From Paramecium tetraurelia (lineage: Eukaryota), in assembly GCA_000165425.1 (NCBI GenBank), contig CT867985.1:868001-932000 (forward strand): DNA of 64,000 nt, read 5' to 3'. Position 1 is the stretch's first letter; every line of letters begins with the position of its first letter. The notes below the pieces were generated by a model. That model saw nothing but the letters and a program-made list of their open reading frames with translations. It did not search any database and was not told where the DNA came from. A program made the translations under genes and the position numbers. Below, one piece after another: positions 40,608 to 53,060 of this stretch.

Positions 40608-40706
40608 ATTATGTCCATTTTATATATACATTAATGACCAATTGTGTATGTCTATAAAACGTAGAAAATAAAAAAATAAATCTAGAATCTCTTAATAGAT
40701 AATACA

Positions 40707-42383
40707 TCATAATTCAGTTTCAGCTTCGTAATATTATTCTAAGATATTGAAACATTTCAAATAGACATTTTGATTCTCATGCTTTTGCAACTCTTCTATT
40801 CTCTTAATTACTCCCATTTGTTCAAGGGTAGTTAAATAATAATTGTCATCCTAGAAATCTTAATCACCTGATTGATAACAAATAAAATGATACCTCTTTT
40901 TAACACATTAAACAAAGCTTCAAGAACAACAGTCATAGTTTGAGTGTCCTCACCCTCCAATATGTGTTTATAGACATTAAACAATCCTTTTTAGACCAAC
41001 AATTAAATGTCAGAGTTACTTCCATTCTTAGTTGTATTGGCAATGGCCCAAGTAGCTTCTCGCACGATCTCTTCGTAATCAGTCGTCATGAGAGTGAACA
41101 GCTTCTCAAGAATGGAAACATCTCTGACTACTTGAGAAACCTGATTGCTACTTCCAGCTGTAATATTGGAGATTGTCCAACAAGTCTAAGAATTAATTGA
41201 TAGCAATACTTCTCTTCGGATGGCTTTTTTTTCATTTGAGAGCAATTTAAGAATCTTCTGCAACAATCCTTAGTTGAGCACATAAGTAGTTTAATTTTCA
41301 TCTCCAGTAACAACATTACCTAAAATTCTTAAGGTTGGGATGACGAGCTAAAGAGATGAGTGATCTAATAATTTGATTAAGGTTGGCACTACTTGGGAAT
41401 CGATAACAGTCTGTAATCTGCTGTTGTCTCCATCACTAAGGTATGACAAAGCCCAACATGCGTCAGTCAATACCTCTGGGTCAGTCTCATCAATGATGAC
41501 TTTACAGAATACAGGCAATGCATTTTTGACATACTGTAATATATATATTTAAATGTTTACCTTGAATTCTGGGATGGGTTTGCCTCGACACAGATTGCTC
41601 AGTGACCAAGTGCAGTGCTTGATCGTGTTTTTATTTTAAGCATTTTAAATAATATTGATTAAGGGATCAACTCCTCCCACCTTCAAGATTAGATCTCTAT
41701 ACTGTGTGCAATCTCCTGCGACGTTTCCTATTGCCCAAACTGCTTATTCTGCGATGTCTCTGTATTGAGAACTTAGTAATTTAACAAACAGGTAAATTCC
41801 TCCTTTATCTATGATCGATTAGGTTTGTTGGGTGGTTCCACTTGCGACGTTTGTAAGTGCCCAGGCTGCTTCGAGGACCAATTAAGGAATTTATTCTTTT
41901 TGAATGATTTCTATCAACTTTGGCACCAAATTTGCATCAATTACTTGTTGGATTGGGGCTCCACTCTAAAATCAAATTGAAAATATACCTCAACAGAGAG
42001 CATTTTCCTTAGTCCGGTGACACCGTAATGAAGTTGAATGACATCTGTGGAATATATTTTTTATAAAATGTCAGGGAAATCTTAGAAAGTGAATGTTCTT
42101 TTTGTTAAGACTTCTTGTTGGGTTTTCAAAGCCTATTGGATATCAAAGGGAAGTGTTTGTGGGATCAATGATAACTACTCTTGAATTGAGGTGTTTTAAT
42201 TCTAAAAGGGAAATGGACATGAAGTACATTTTAAGCTAATCTTTTATTGTTGAGGATGGCGTTTCTGTCCCTGGATCTGATTTCGGTTGCGAAATCATCT
42301 CTTTTCTTCTTGATTTCACTGTTTTACTCCGGTTCATTTACTTGAGCATTACCGAATAATGCAAACTAATTTTATGACTACAT
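40707..42383 (-). CDS. Importin alpha (karyopherin alpha)
   Basis: IBB-like KKKRDDFATEIR...NKR; ARM repeats EAAWALTNVASG, EQAVWAIGNVAGD, TWSLSNLCRGKP, DACWALSYL. Confidence 0.95.
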
Positions 42384-42438
42384 AATAAAATATTTATGAT
42401 AATTTACGCCTAATAAAAATTATTAACTTTAAATATAT

Positions 42439-45012
42439 ATGAATAGTCACAGTTAAAATAATCAGCCAACCAACCATTAGCATTTTCTTGGAGCACCAGC
42501 AAATGAATTCCCTTCAAATTCGGTTGGTTAAGTATTTATTTGGTCGCATCCTTAATTTAGTCCCAAAAAGGACAATAGCAAAATAAAGACGAATAGTCAA
42601 GGATCTCGCAAAACCAGCATCCAAACAATCAGGAACAACCACCGAATCACCTAAATCAGAGTCATCAACAGCACGGCAAGCATGAAGGAGATCATTACAA
42701 TCCTTTGCAAATGCCTTGCAATTGGGACATAGCCAAGAAGCATGCTCTATCAAGGAGGACAACTCGAGAGAAGCAGAAAGATCCTACCAAGACTCTCAGT
42801 GGTATGCACATTCCTATTAATAGGTAAGTTGACACTTGTCCATGTTGCGGATTTGAAGTAGACCGAGAAGAAATTCCCTTTTGTTCTAATCCCATGGCAT
42901 TATCGTTTCTTGGCTCAGGGTTTACTTTGTTCTATAATTATCTGAAATATTGTATTCTGATCCTCTTCATCACACTCCTGACAAAACAACTTTACAATTT
43001 ATACACCAATTATTCAGGCACATATTGTAGTCAGACAAAGAGAGAAAAAATAGAAGGCCATGTAGTAGAACTACCATTTTGCTCTGATTCCTGGTTTTTA
43101 AAGTTGTCATTGGCCAACAAATTAGAGTATTCCATCTATGTAAAATTAGCAATCGGGAAGCCATGGAACATGTACAAATACTCAACTTCATCAATATCTT
43201 CTTAGTCATGGGGGTCTTACTGTATTTTAGAAAGAGTCAAAGGTAAATCGATACAGACATCGACGAAGAATTGCTCACACCAGCAGATTACACTGTCTGT
43301 GTGAAAAACATACCTACAGGTTTGGATCTTAATTATTAATGGGAATTGTAACATATGTTTGAAACCTGTGCAGTTGCAGGAGCCAAAATTATTGTTAAGA
43401 AAGTGGTTCTGGTCTATGACATTGAGGAGATCATAGATATTGAGAAAGAATTGGATGTATTAATCGAGAGAAAGAAGGAACTAATCAAAGAACACAATTA
43501 CGACTATCATCATCATAGTGTAGAGGAGATAGACAAGAAAATCGAAGAAAAGGAGCATGAAATACATCATTTGGGATAATCATATGAAAAGGAGAATAAG
43601 AAGTTTTCTGGGATTGCCTTCATTTCTTTCGACAATGAGGATATGAAAAACAGCGTATTGAATGAAAACCCATTTACTTAATTCGAGAGAATGAGATCCT
43701 ATTGGAACAAGGGCAAATTGCCTGGAATTACAGAAAAAGATTTGTCTTGGCACAATTAAAAGTTGTTCATTGAACAGGCTCCAGAACCAAATGAAGTTGA
43801 TTGGGAATTCATACATGTTAAGACAGAAGAGAAGATTAGTAAGAGAGTGAAGGCTTGGGTCATTTACATATTGGTTGAAAGTTCAGCATTTTACTTAATC
43901 TATTTGATTGCTCATAGAGTGGCTAAATATGGCGATGAAGCTAGAGAAGAAGAAATCCAAGGTAAACTTGATCATGATACAATGTTAAAGATCAATATCC
44001 TCTCTTATGCTATTTCCTTAAGTATCGTCCTCTTCAATAAATTCGCAGTTGCAAAGATCGTTCACTACATTGTTGATGATGAAAAGATCTCCAGCAAGAC
44101 CAAATTCTAAATATCTTTTGTCTATAAATATGCTTCAGCCTTGTTTTTAAATGCAGCCATAATCAGTTTCCTAGTAGACATAGTTATTTTGAAGAATGTG
44201 GAAGGAGCAGGAGGGTTCTTGCAAAATGAGAGTCAAATTTTCATCCTTAATGCTCTCTTGCCTCCCTTCATTTGGTGTCTTGATCCCTGGAGTCTTTGCA
44301 AAAACATATGGAGATGGTACATTATCAAGAAGGGAGAAAAGGCTCTGTTGACCTAATAGGAAGCCAATAAATTAATGGAAGAACCAGACTACCTGTCTGC
44401 CAAGAGATACTCAGATATTATGAAGACAATGTGGTTCACATTTCTGTATGGTACAGCCATTCCTCTAGGGACTTTGTGCAGTGCTTTTGGCATTCTGATT
44501 TACTATTATGTGGACTATTACAATATCTTGAGGAGAAGAACAGTTAAGGAGTCAATCAGTATCCAATTGTCAACAGGTAATAGAATTGATTAAGTTGTTA
44601 TTAGAAATGATAGAGATGTTGGAATACATCATCGTTTGGAGTGCCTTCGGGGAGATGATCATGACATATGCCTTCTTCAAGGAGATTAGTTTGATCGATG
44701 TCACTCTTATGGTGATTGCCATCATCTATGCGTCGTTGCCCATGGAAGACATCTCTGAGAAGCTGTTCCCAGTGGTCAATAATGAACAAGTATGATTATG
44801 CGAGTATCCATTAGTGCAAACCCTATGATGAAGGCTGTCAGGGATTCGACACTGACTACGATAGGGAGAACCCGATCACGAGGAACAAGGCGATTGAGGA
44901 GTGGAATAAGAGGCAACAGGTGCTGTTGAACTCGAACAACAAGATTTAGAAGTACTATCAATAGCAGGATCAGTATGGCTATCACAATGATGACCATTAT
45001 GGAAGGAAGTGA
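42439..45012 (+). CDS. OSCA/TMEM63 (CSC1)-like ion channel
   Basis: CPCCG, LGSGFTLFYNYLK, TPADYTVCVKNIP, GIAFISF, EQAPEPNEVDWE, multiple TM segments, DYYNILRR. Confidence 0.85.
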
Positions 45013-45058
45013 ATTTTGAATAAAATAATTATCAATTTTAAATATATATTCACAAGGA

Positions 45059-46325
45059 ATGAAGAGGATGTAAAGCAAAGAAGACATCATCAAGGATTAA
45101 TATATGAAGACTCTGACTTGCTTCTTGCAAGATAGCACTCTTTATGATAGCTTATCTATTAATAATCAAGTGACTGTGATTGATCAGTCATTCTCTCTCT
45201 TTGATGTTTTTAATGTGTTTATCGAGACGCATATTGATGAAGTATTGTTTTGGAATCCAGATGTAGCTTATTATGATGGAGTATTCACTCAAACGGATTT
45301 GATACGAATCATCCTAAAATGCTATCAAAACATTCTGAATGGGGTTCCCAATGGTAATCTATGTCGCATATTTTAGTCAGTGTGGGGAAATAGCAAAATC
45401 TAGGTGCAACCAATCATGGAGGAGGAAGACGAGGATCGCAACACTCCTGTGAACGAAAAGCAATTGATAGGGTAGGAACAGATAAACAAATTGCTGATCG
45501 ATTTGCGGACGATCTCAGTGAGGGACTGGTTCAATTCTTATGGAGAAAGTCTTCATCAAAGCAGTCTGGTTTAGGCAGACATGGCTGATAATCTTAATGA
45601 TGCAATGAAGAAGATACTAAAGTAGGGAGTAACAAGAATTGTAGTTATTGATACTGAATCTAGAATCATCGTGGGCATCCTCTAACAAAGGGATATTTTA
45701 GCATTTCTTGTCAAAGGGTTTAGTCAATATTTCCACTTATAATTATCACAAAAATCACAGAGAGTCGAAGTGCCTCAGGAAAAAAATCCGCAATCAGAAC
45801 AGCACGAACTAGAAATCAGTTACTTTAGCGATAGGATTTTGCAGCTGAATGAAAAACTCCCTTGCGACACCAATGTCTACGAGTAACTATATACCTTCAT
45901 ATATCCAGTGTCTTCTATAAATTGATCTATGTATATAAGCGCAATGCCATTCCCATTGTCGACCACAACAACAAGTACCTAGGATTGATAGACCGAAGAG
46001 ACTTCTTGTTTATTCTCAAATATCAAGTCTATGACATGGTATGACTCGACAATATGAATAGTTGAATAGACCTGCCATCGACTTGCTCAACTTTATCAAA
46101 ATAGAGAAAAGAAAGTTTGCAGGCTTTTGCATATGCAACAAAGAACTATTCCACATGAAACAAACATTAAAAGAAGTATCAGCTAATTCTAATTAGGTTG
46201 TTGAAAATCTATTACTCTCCTCCAGAGGTAGTCTAGTTTGCTTGAATGAAAACCAAGAGCCAATCGCTACATTGCAAATGTCTGATCTCTTCAAAATTTG
46301 TCTAGATGATATCGAATTAGAATGA
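45059..46325 (+). CDS. CBS-domain protein, AMPK gamma/SNF4-like
   Basis: FLQDSTLYD...VTVID...LFWN...GVFTQTDLIRII parallels AMPK-gamma CBS1; further CBS motifs VGILQQRDIL, AIPIVD...LGLIDRRD. Confidence 0.8.
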
Positions 46326-46359
46326 ATTTATTTTATCATAAATATGTGTATATATTTAA

Positions 46360-47261
46360 ATGAATAATTATAGATTTCCCTAATCAGCCACCATTCCTGT
46401 GTACAACACTATCACTAAAGAACAGGCAAACATCAAAATCGCTTCTGATTTCAAAATGTTCTTGAACGCTTTGAATGAAAGATTTCAACTGCCCTAGAAG
46501 TTTACCATGTGCTATTGTTTTAACATCAAAGATCGAGTCACCTATTTGGCATGTCCAATTGACTATTATTTATTCCTAGACAGAGTGCAGAAACTTAAAA
46601 CCAAGTATGTCAACTAAATCCATCCTTTAGCAATTATCCCATTCTCTAAATCGTTAAATTGGAACTGCACCAATTTGTATCCAAAGAAATGATTAAAGAT
46701 GTCGAAGAATGGCAAGAGAAATTGTCGGATAGCTATTCCTAAATCAATTCAGAGCACCAATAAATCCAACAATTAGACGAATAATTTTAACACATTTCTA
46801 TATCTTAAATCCATCACAACGACCAGATTGACTATCATAAGTGTTAGTTTTGCTATTAGAATTTGGAAAATAGTAAATACTTTAGATGCATCGTTTGCTA
46901 TTACTTTCAAATTTGTGATATGTGCAATACACATAGGAGAGAAAAAGACCATCCTATTTCTCACATCTTTATTTTCTGCAATCATGTGACTGATTGGAAT
47001 AAACTGAAATAACAATCATAACTTAAAATGATCAACTAAAAATAAAAACTCATGAAATCATTTAAGATACATAAAGCCAATATACATGAACTTATCTCTT
47101 GCGATTACTGTCGCTGTGTACCCATTTAAGGTTATCGTTACTAATGCTTTGAATGTCCAGATTTTGATTTGTGCAAGGGCTGCTTCAAAAAATTCAAACA
47201 TGATCAAACTCACAATTTTATTTAATTGACAACAAGCATTGAGTTTTTGTTATTTTCATGA
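46360..47261 (+). CDS. Protein with two ZZ-type zinc fingers and a possible N-terminal PB1-like domain
   Basis: CQFC...RCIVC...ICDMC...HPISH and CDYC...IQGYRYQCFECPDFDLCKGC...HDQTHNF; one 26-nt intron. Confidence 0.85.
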
Positions 47262-47285
47262 TTAATTGTATAATTATAATTATAT

Positions 47286-47970
47286 ATGAGTTAAAAATTC
47301 GAATAAATTGCAAGACTAACAAGAAGCACTGCCATCTTCAAAGCTAACTATGTACCATTAGCTTTGGTAGGCACATCCCTCATTTCATTTATTGCTTGGT
47401 CCAAATTGCCTTATGGCTAAGCCTTTCCTCACTTAACAATTTCAGAATACGTGCCCAAAAAATCCTACTTCCATTCCTTAATTTTGGCTCCTCTAAATTT
47501 CCAAACCAACGTATTTCAATTATCAACTCATTAGGGACATTTATTGGTTTACGGCCCAGCTATGTTATACTCATTTTATTAAATGAGTACAATCCTTTGC
47601 AATACCCAATTTTTGGCCTTTTACATTGTTAACTCTCTTATATGTTCCTCCTTTACAGTTTATTATGAAAAGAAAAGAAGTGCTGAATTCGGCATTAATT
47701 TGATGTCTCCTAAATGTGTTTCAGCAATCACTCCTTTAAGTTTTATGACATCTCTAATGGTGTTGAAACCTCACTTAAAATTATTAAATAAAGTATGCTC
47801 AGTTATTATCAAAGCCTCCACTCCCATTTTTTTTAATCCCTGCTATGTATGCCATGTATGAAGTGCAAGAATACCAAAATGGATTCATTAATGAAGTATG
47901 TAGGCCTACCCACATTTTGGCCTTGGTTAATGGATTAATATTGGGACTCATTTTTAAAAGATTCATTTGA
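47286..47970 (+). CDS. Rhomboid-like (PARL-type) membrane protein, probably catalytically inactive
   Basis: Multi-TM protein with FHSLILAPLNF, GHLLVY, FLAFYI and THILALVNG (cf. AHLGG..G); introns 47511-47534 and 47793-47814. Confidence 0.65.
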
Positions 47971-48163
47971 ATTCTATCTTTTATATAATTTGAATAAATG
48001 CCATTCATTCAATTTCCCTCTTTCATTAAAAGAAATTAATTTATTTATCTCTTCAATAAATAATAGTAGATTAACGTATGTACATGCATAGCATTGACAT
48101 TTATTATAACCATAGAATTTATGTTATTTAATTTATTGTTATTGTACTAAATAATCATGATGA

Positions 48164-48844
48164 TCATGATCTATATAGATTTGGTCTTTTGGCTTTGAAC
48201 ACGGTTCTGAATTTTTTGTGGCTAGCTCTTGGCACTGTCTTAACAATTGGGAATCTAATTGAATCTCCCTAATTAAATTTGTGATTTATTTTACTCTGTA
48301 TTGATTAGTCTTTCCTCTCTTGATATCAGCACTCTTTGTTAACACTGAAGTTCTGAGGATGTGGATGGTTTATGGTTAAGCTCTGTGATTACCAGCCATT
48401 TCCTAATCTAAACAGTCACAATTTTGTCATACATAATTATGAGACAGCACCATTCAAAGTGGTGTCTCTGAATTCCTTATACATATTGTGAATGGTTGTT
48501 CTTGATTGATATTTCAGTACTATTCCGTAGGTTTTGACATTTGTGTCTCTTCTCTCAAATAATTCTTGAACTGCTAAAATCTAACCATGAGAAGGTCTAA
48601 GTTTATTTAGTCTTCTTAAATTCCACCTAGAATATTGCATAATTTAAATACCAGAATCTGCTTTTAGCAGCGACGGTATTTCTTGCAAAAATTCTCATGC
48701 TAATAACTTTGGGATTTGGATCTTCTTTTGATGGGAGTCTTCTGCCTGACACCAAGTATTGTCTAATCTATAGATGATATGCTTCTTAAGTACTTTCATT
48801 TATAAGGAATTATCTTGTGGGTCTTATGCTGAGTTTTTTACCAT
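48164..48844 (-). CDS. RPL18A: 60S ribosomal protein L18a (eL20)
   Basis: [19 protein letters not shown]...[41 protein letters not shown]; four short introns. Confidence 0.97.
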
Positions 48845-49153
48845 TTTTTATTTTAAAAAAAGATTTAATTTATAATGCAATTATATATTACAAACAATAC
48901 AATCCCACATTTCTCCTTTGTTAAAGGGGAGTCCTCACCCAAATTTTATTTTTCACTTTACATTTACTATAATTCAATTTGATTTCTAAACTTTTTTATT
49001 GATTTCAACATATTTTTGGAGACTCATCTTGAAATTTCTGGTGTTTCAACAATCCATTTCCAAACAGAATTTATTAAAATACACATTCTGATTTTTGACA
49101 TCAAGATTTGCTGATAAAAGCTTTTTAAAATAATTTAATAATAATAATCAAGA

Positions 49154-50185
49154 ATGGGATAGGTAATAAATAGTATTCAAAAGAAACCTAGTAATAATTT
49201 AACAATGCAAAACGAATATTAGCCAGAATTCATTAATTTTAGACATGCAATTTCTATATTATCATATAACATATTAGCCGCTATCTATTGTGACCAATCA
49301 CAGACTGGTTACGCTCAAAATCAATACCTGAAATTTTCAAACAGAAGTACTAAAATTATCGAATAATTGAAAATTTTCAATGTTGACATATTTTGCCTTC
49401 AAGAGGTTGACAACATTGACTTTTATCAAGAGAGGATCAAGAAACTAAATTATGAAATTTGCTTTGTTTAGAGACCTTAAAGACCTGATGGATGTTTGAT
49501 CGCTTTCAAAGTCGATAAATTCAAGTTATTGAAATCTTCAGAGTACTCTCTCGATAAGATGGCCATTAATTATGGGCTACCTCTTCAATACCAAAGATAG
49601 AATGTGTTTTAAATTGTCATTCTGGAACATATGTACCTATTTTTAGGATATATCAAGATTAACAAAAAAACAGCTAGTGATTGGAAACATTCATACCTTC
49701 TGGAATCCAAACCAGGATGACTTAAAATATTTTTAGATTGTCCAGCTAGTACAAAAGATGGAGGCTGAAAAAGAATCCGATGATCAGATACTCATATTTT
49801 GTGGAGATTTAAATAGTCTCCCTCATTCTAACCCAATACAATACATTTAAAAAAATAAACCCATAGTTGAAAGAATAGAAAAATCTTCGAACCAAATCAA
49901 ACTATAAAAGGAGATATTCGAGCACTACGGTCCACCTAAGTTGAATTGGCAAAGTGCTTATCATCCATTCCCCAAGTTTACTAATTATACAACAGACGTA
50001 AATTTGAAGACAAATAATATTAGTTTAAAGGATGTATTGATTACATTTTCTATCATAATGCAAACGTGGAAAAGATATTGAGATTGCCTGAAGAAAGTGT
50101 GTTATAGCAAGAAGTAGCATTACCCAACAGGAATTTCCCCAGTGATCATTTGCCGATTTTAGCATCTTTTGATTTTCACTTTTGA
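49154..50185 (+). CDS. CCR4/nocturnin/Angel-family EEP phosphoesterase (no LRR)
   Basis: SYNILA, CLQEVD, DGC..F, NIHTFWNP, CGDLNS, FTNYT, IDYIFY, PSDHLP. Confidence 0.92.
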
Positions 50186-50221
50186 TGTATAATAAAATTA
50201 TGATTATAAAGTTGGGCATAC

Positions 50222-50495
50222 TCATTTATTTGTATAATTTATTGTCTCAAGAATAAGCAATAATTAATCGATTGTATGCTTAACAGTTTACCCCACTTTG
50301 CTAGCATCCTTGCTTGAAAAGGTTAACACCAATTGATTCCCTAATTTTAATACGCTATTTACCATCCGCATTCATTTTTAATACCCCACTTTCATTATCA
50401 ACTGACAACACTTGCTCAATCAACTCCGAATGGTTTTATTCAATTTATATTTTTACTTCATAATTTTTTTCTTCTCCTTAAATCTCTTATTGCAT
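50222..50495 (-). CDS. Pcc1/LAGE3-like KEOPS subunit (putative)
   Basis: About 83 aa with one 22-nt intron: ...IEQVLSVDNE...GNQLVLTFSSKD...VKHTIDQLLLILETI, fitting the Pcc1 pattern L.VD.E...g..L...F...D. Confidence 0.55.
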
Positions 50496-50939
50496 TTTAT
50501 TTCCTAATTTATTAATTATTCAATATTTTATATTATTTAAAATATTCATCACAAAAATAATTGACCTACTACTCAATATCTTGTTGACTAGTTCCCCTAT
50601 AAAACTCAATTTTGCTCTAATTTAATGGTTTTCTTAGCCCATTTGTGTCCAGGATAGCGAAATCATGGTACTTTTTAAGTGGATTTGTGTTATGTATTCA
50701 AAAATGGATTGGATATGAATAAATATTAAAAGACTTTTAATTTGTAAAAATGGGCATATGTAATTCGGGTGTATTTTCTTATAAAGTTCCAATTAATTTT
50801 AGCACAAAATCTACTATTGTATTTTCAAATGATTTAAGAACTTGCTGACTATATTGGTTTCGAATGTTTATTTATAATTATAATATAATATTATGAACAA
50901 TGTTGATCTTAGTCTTTAAAATAAATTATTAATCTCATT

Positions 50940-51650
50940 ATGAAAAAATCACAGAAATGCTTAAACTATCAGAACGAAGTTTATAATAAACTAGAAATAA
51001 CATCATCTCAAGTTTTAAAAGGGAAAATAATTGAGAAGGATGAATAGGTCAATTATTTCGAAATACATTTAGATAAATGGTTAGTAAAGCTCTTGTTCAT
51101 AATCGTTCAAGATTCAAGAGATTAATTTGCAATTACTAATCGACAAATCATAAGAGATCTTGTAGCAGTAATAGGAGCAATTATAACTGCATTCTCCGGC
51201 ATGTCTAAAAAGATCAAATTCGTTTGAAGACTTATAATAGAAATTAAACGAATACATTGAGCAATATATCTAGGACATCAAAGAGCCGTAACATTTTTTA
51301 GACACGTATTCGTTATAGAGTTCAGAAATCTGCGATGATGAATTTTCATAGCACTCCATCGATTTGTGCTAAAGAATATATTAAGTAGAAGTATATTAAT
51401 TCGTTTTTAGAGAATAAAAGCTCAGTTAAATCTATCAGTCATCTAATCCAACTCAGTTGAATAATCAATTACTATTCCTTCCCCAAAAAATAATGATTCA
51501 ATTCAGATAATGAATTACATGACTACCTCTACTCCTCTAACTCCTCTAACACCTGCATAAGTGGAAGATATTCCCAAAAAAAGTATCTAAATTTCAGCAA
51601 GTCAAGATTATCTAGGATTAAAAAACAGTTCGTATTCTATGAAATCTTGA
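50940..51650 (+). CDS. Hypothetical protein
   Basis: Open with two predicted introns (28 and 20 nt); TGA at 51648-51650; start uncertain. Confidence 0.5.
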
Positions 51651-51728
51651 ATTAAATATTAAACTCAATGTTTTCATTATTTTTTTGTTTCGTTATTATG
51701 GCCTTTCCACTCAATTTACAAGTTCTCG

Positions 51729-52649
51729 ATGCGATACTATAGAACTCAGCCTGCAAATTAAAATTGCAAGAATAATTATTAAATGTTGTCAGAAACAGTT
51801 ATTTAATAATCTCCAGCAAAGAAAATTATAAAAAGAATACAAGGTTTTACAAAAAAAGGAATTTTAACTTAATAAGATGAATTTAATAATACTAAGGATG
51901 AACATAAACAAACTTTAGAAGATAGACTAAAAATGTAAAATTATTTAAAAGAAGCCAAAGAAGAACTTATGAAAATTGCTAATCAAAACAACAATTTCAT
52001 GATATTCTCATCCTATGAAGAGATGTTCAAACACAGGGAAACAAGAAGAAATGAAGAATAATAAATGATTTTTAAACCTTTACACTTTCCAACCAAAGGC
52101 GGATCTGTGATAAGATGTAAAAAAATATAGTAAAATACAACACCTGAAGAAATGAATGCTAACTATGGCATATTGACTTTGGAATAGAAAATCCAAGCAA
52201 ATAAAGCCTATTCAGATAGGTAAGAGAGCAATTCCCCAAATAAATTTGATTTTACTGAGAAATTTCATCATATCGAAGGCAAAATAGCGAAGCAAAACAG
52301 AATAGAAATCATCAAAGAATATAGTAAGATTTACAAGAGAGTGCAAATAAAGGCTGTTCCTAAATAATTAAATAACTCTCAATATTCATCGAAATACAGA
52401 CAGGCAGTTCAAAAGGTCTAAGTTATAAATCACAGAAAAAGTGGTAAAAATATTCTACCCGTTTTATCAATTGAGAAAAAAGAATCAGTGGAATCAGTTC
52501 TTTCAGATCTCAATTACAGTAGATGGTCCTTGGACTAAGACATTAGTTATCAGCACATTCCAGATCAAAAGATAGGATTACAATAAAGATTAGGTGGGGG
52601 ATTTACTAGAGTAAACAGAGAAAAATATTTAGAGTACTTTTCTAAATGA
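51729..52649 (+). CDS. Hypothetical basic protein (306 aa, intronless)
   Basis: MRYYRTQPANQ...GGGFTRVNREKYLEYFSK*; start and stop in the same frame. Confidence 0.7.
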
Positions 52650-53060
52650 CATCTGGGATTTATCTTATGTTAATGCAGTTAATTTAATAAAACGATTAAT
52701 TTCAAATGAATTTAATTAAAGCCCATATACTGTAATGTATATTAAATCTTCTGTTCTTACCTCATTCAGTCCTTCTCATGAATGGATAATGAAATCCAAT
52801 AAGATTTTGTATTGTTTTTACATAATTTGATTAAATTTCTTCATCTTTTTCATTATATTTTATTTGATAACTATAAAAACAGCTCTATATTTCATATATA
52901 TGTATTTAGATGAAGATTAATAAATGGTAAGTTTAATTTTGTGTAATTTTTGTATAAGGGAATTAATGATATAAAATTCTTTGGGGATATAAAAAATAAA
53001 TATTAATTAAAAACCCATTTTTAAGGCAATTTCAAATCCGTTTTTATTAATATTAATTTA

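Noticed and set aside
46384..48008. Minus-strand membrane-protein or pseudogene models
   Set aside because: Clean plus-strand ZZ-finger and rhomboid-like genes explain the region.
50500..50900. Possible small ORFs on either strand
   Set aside because: No consistent start/stop model or recognisable motif.
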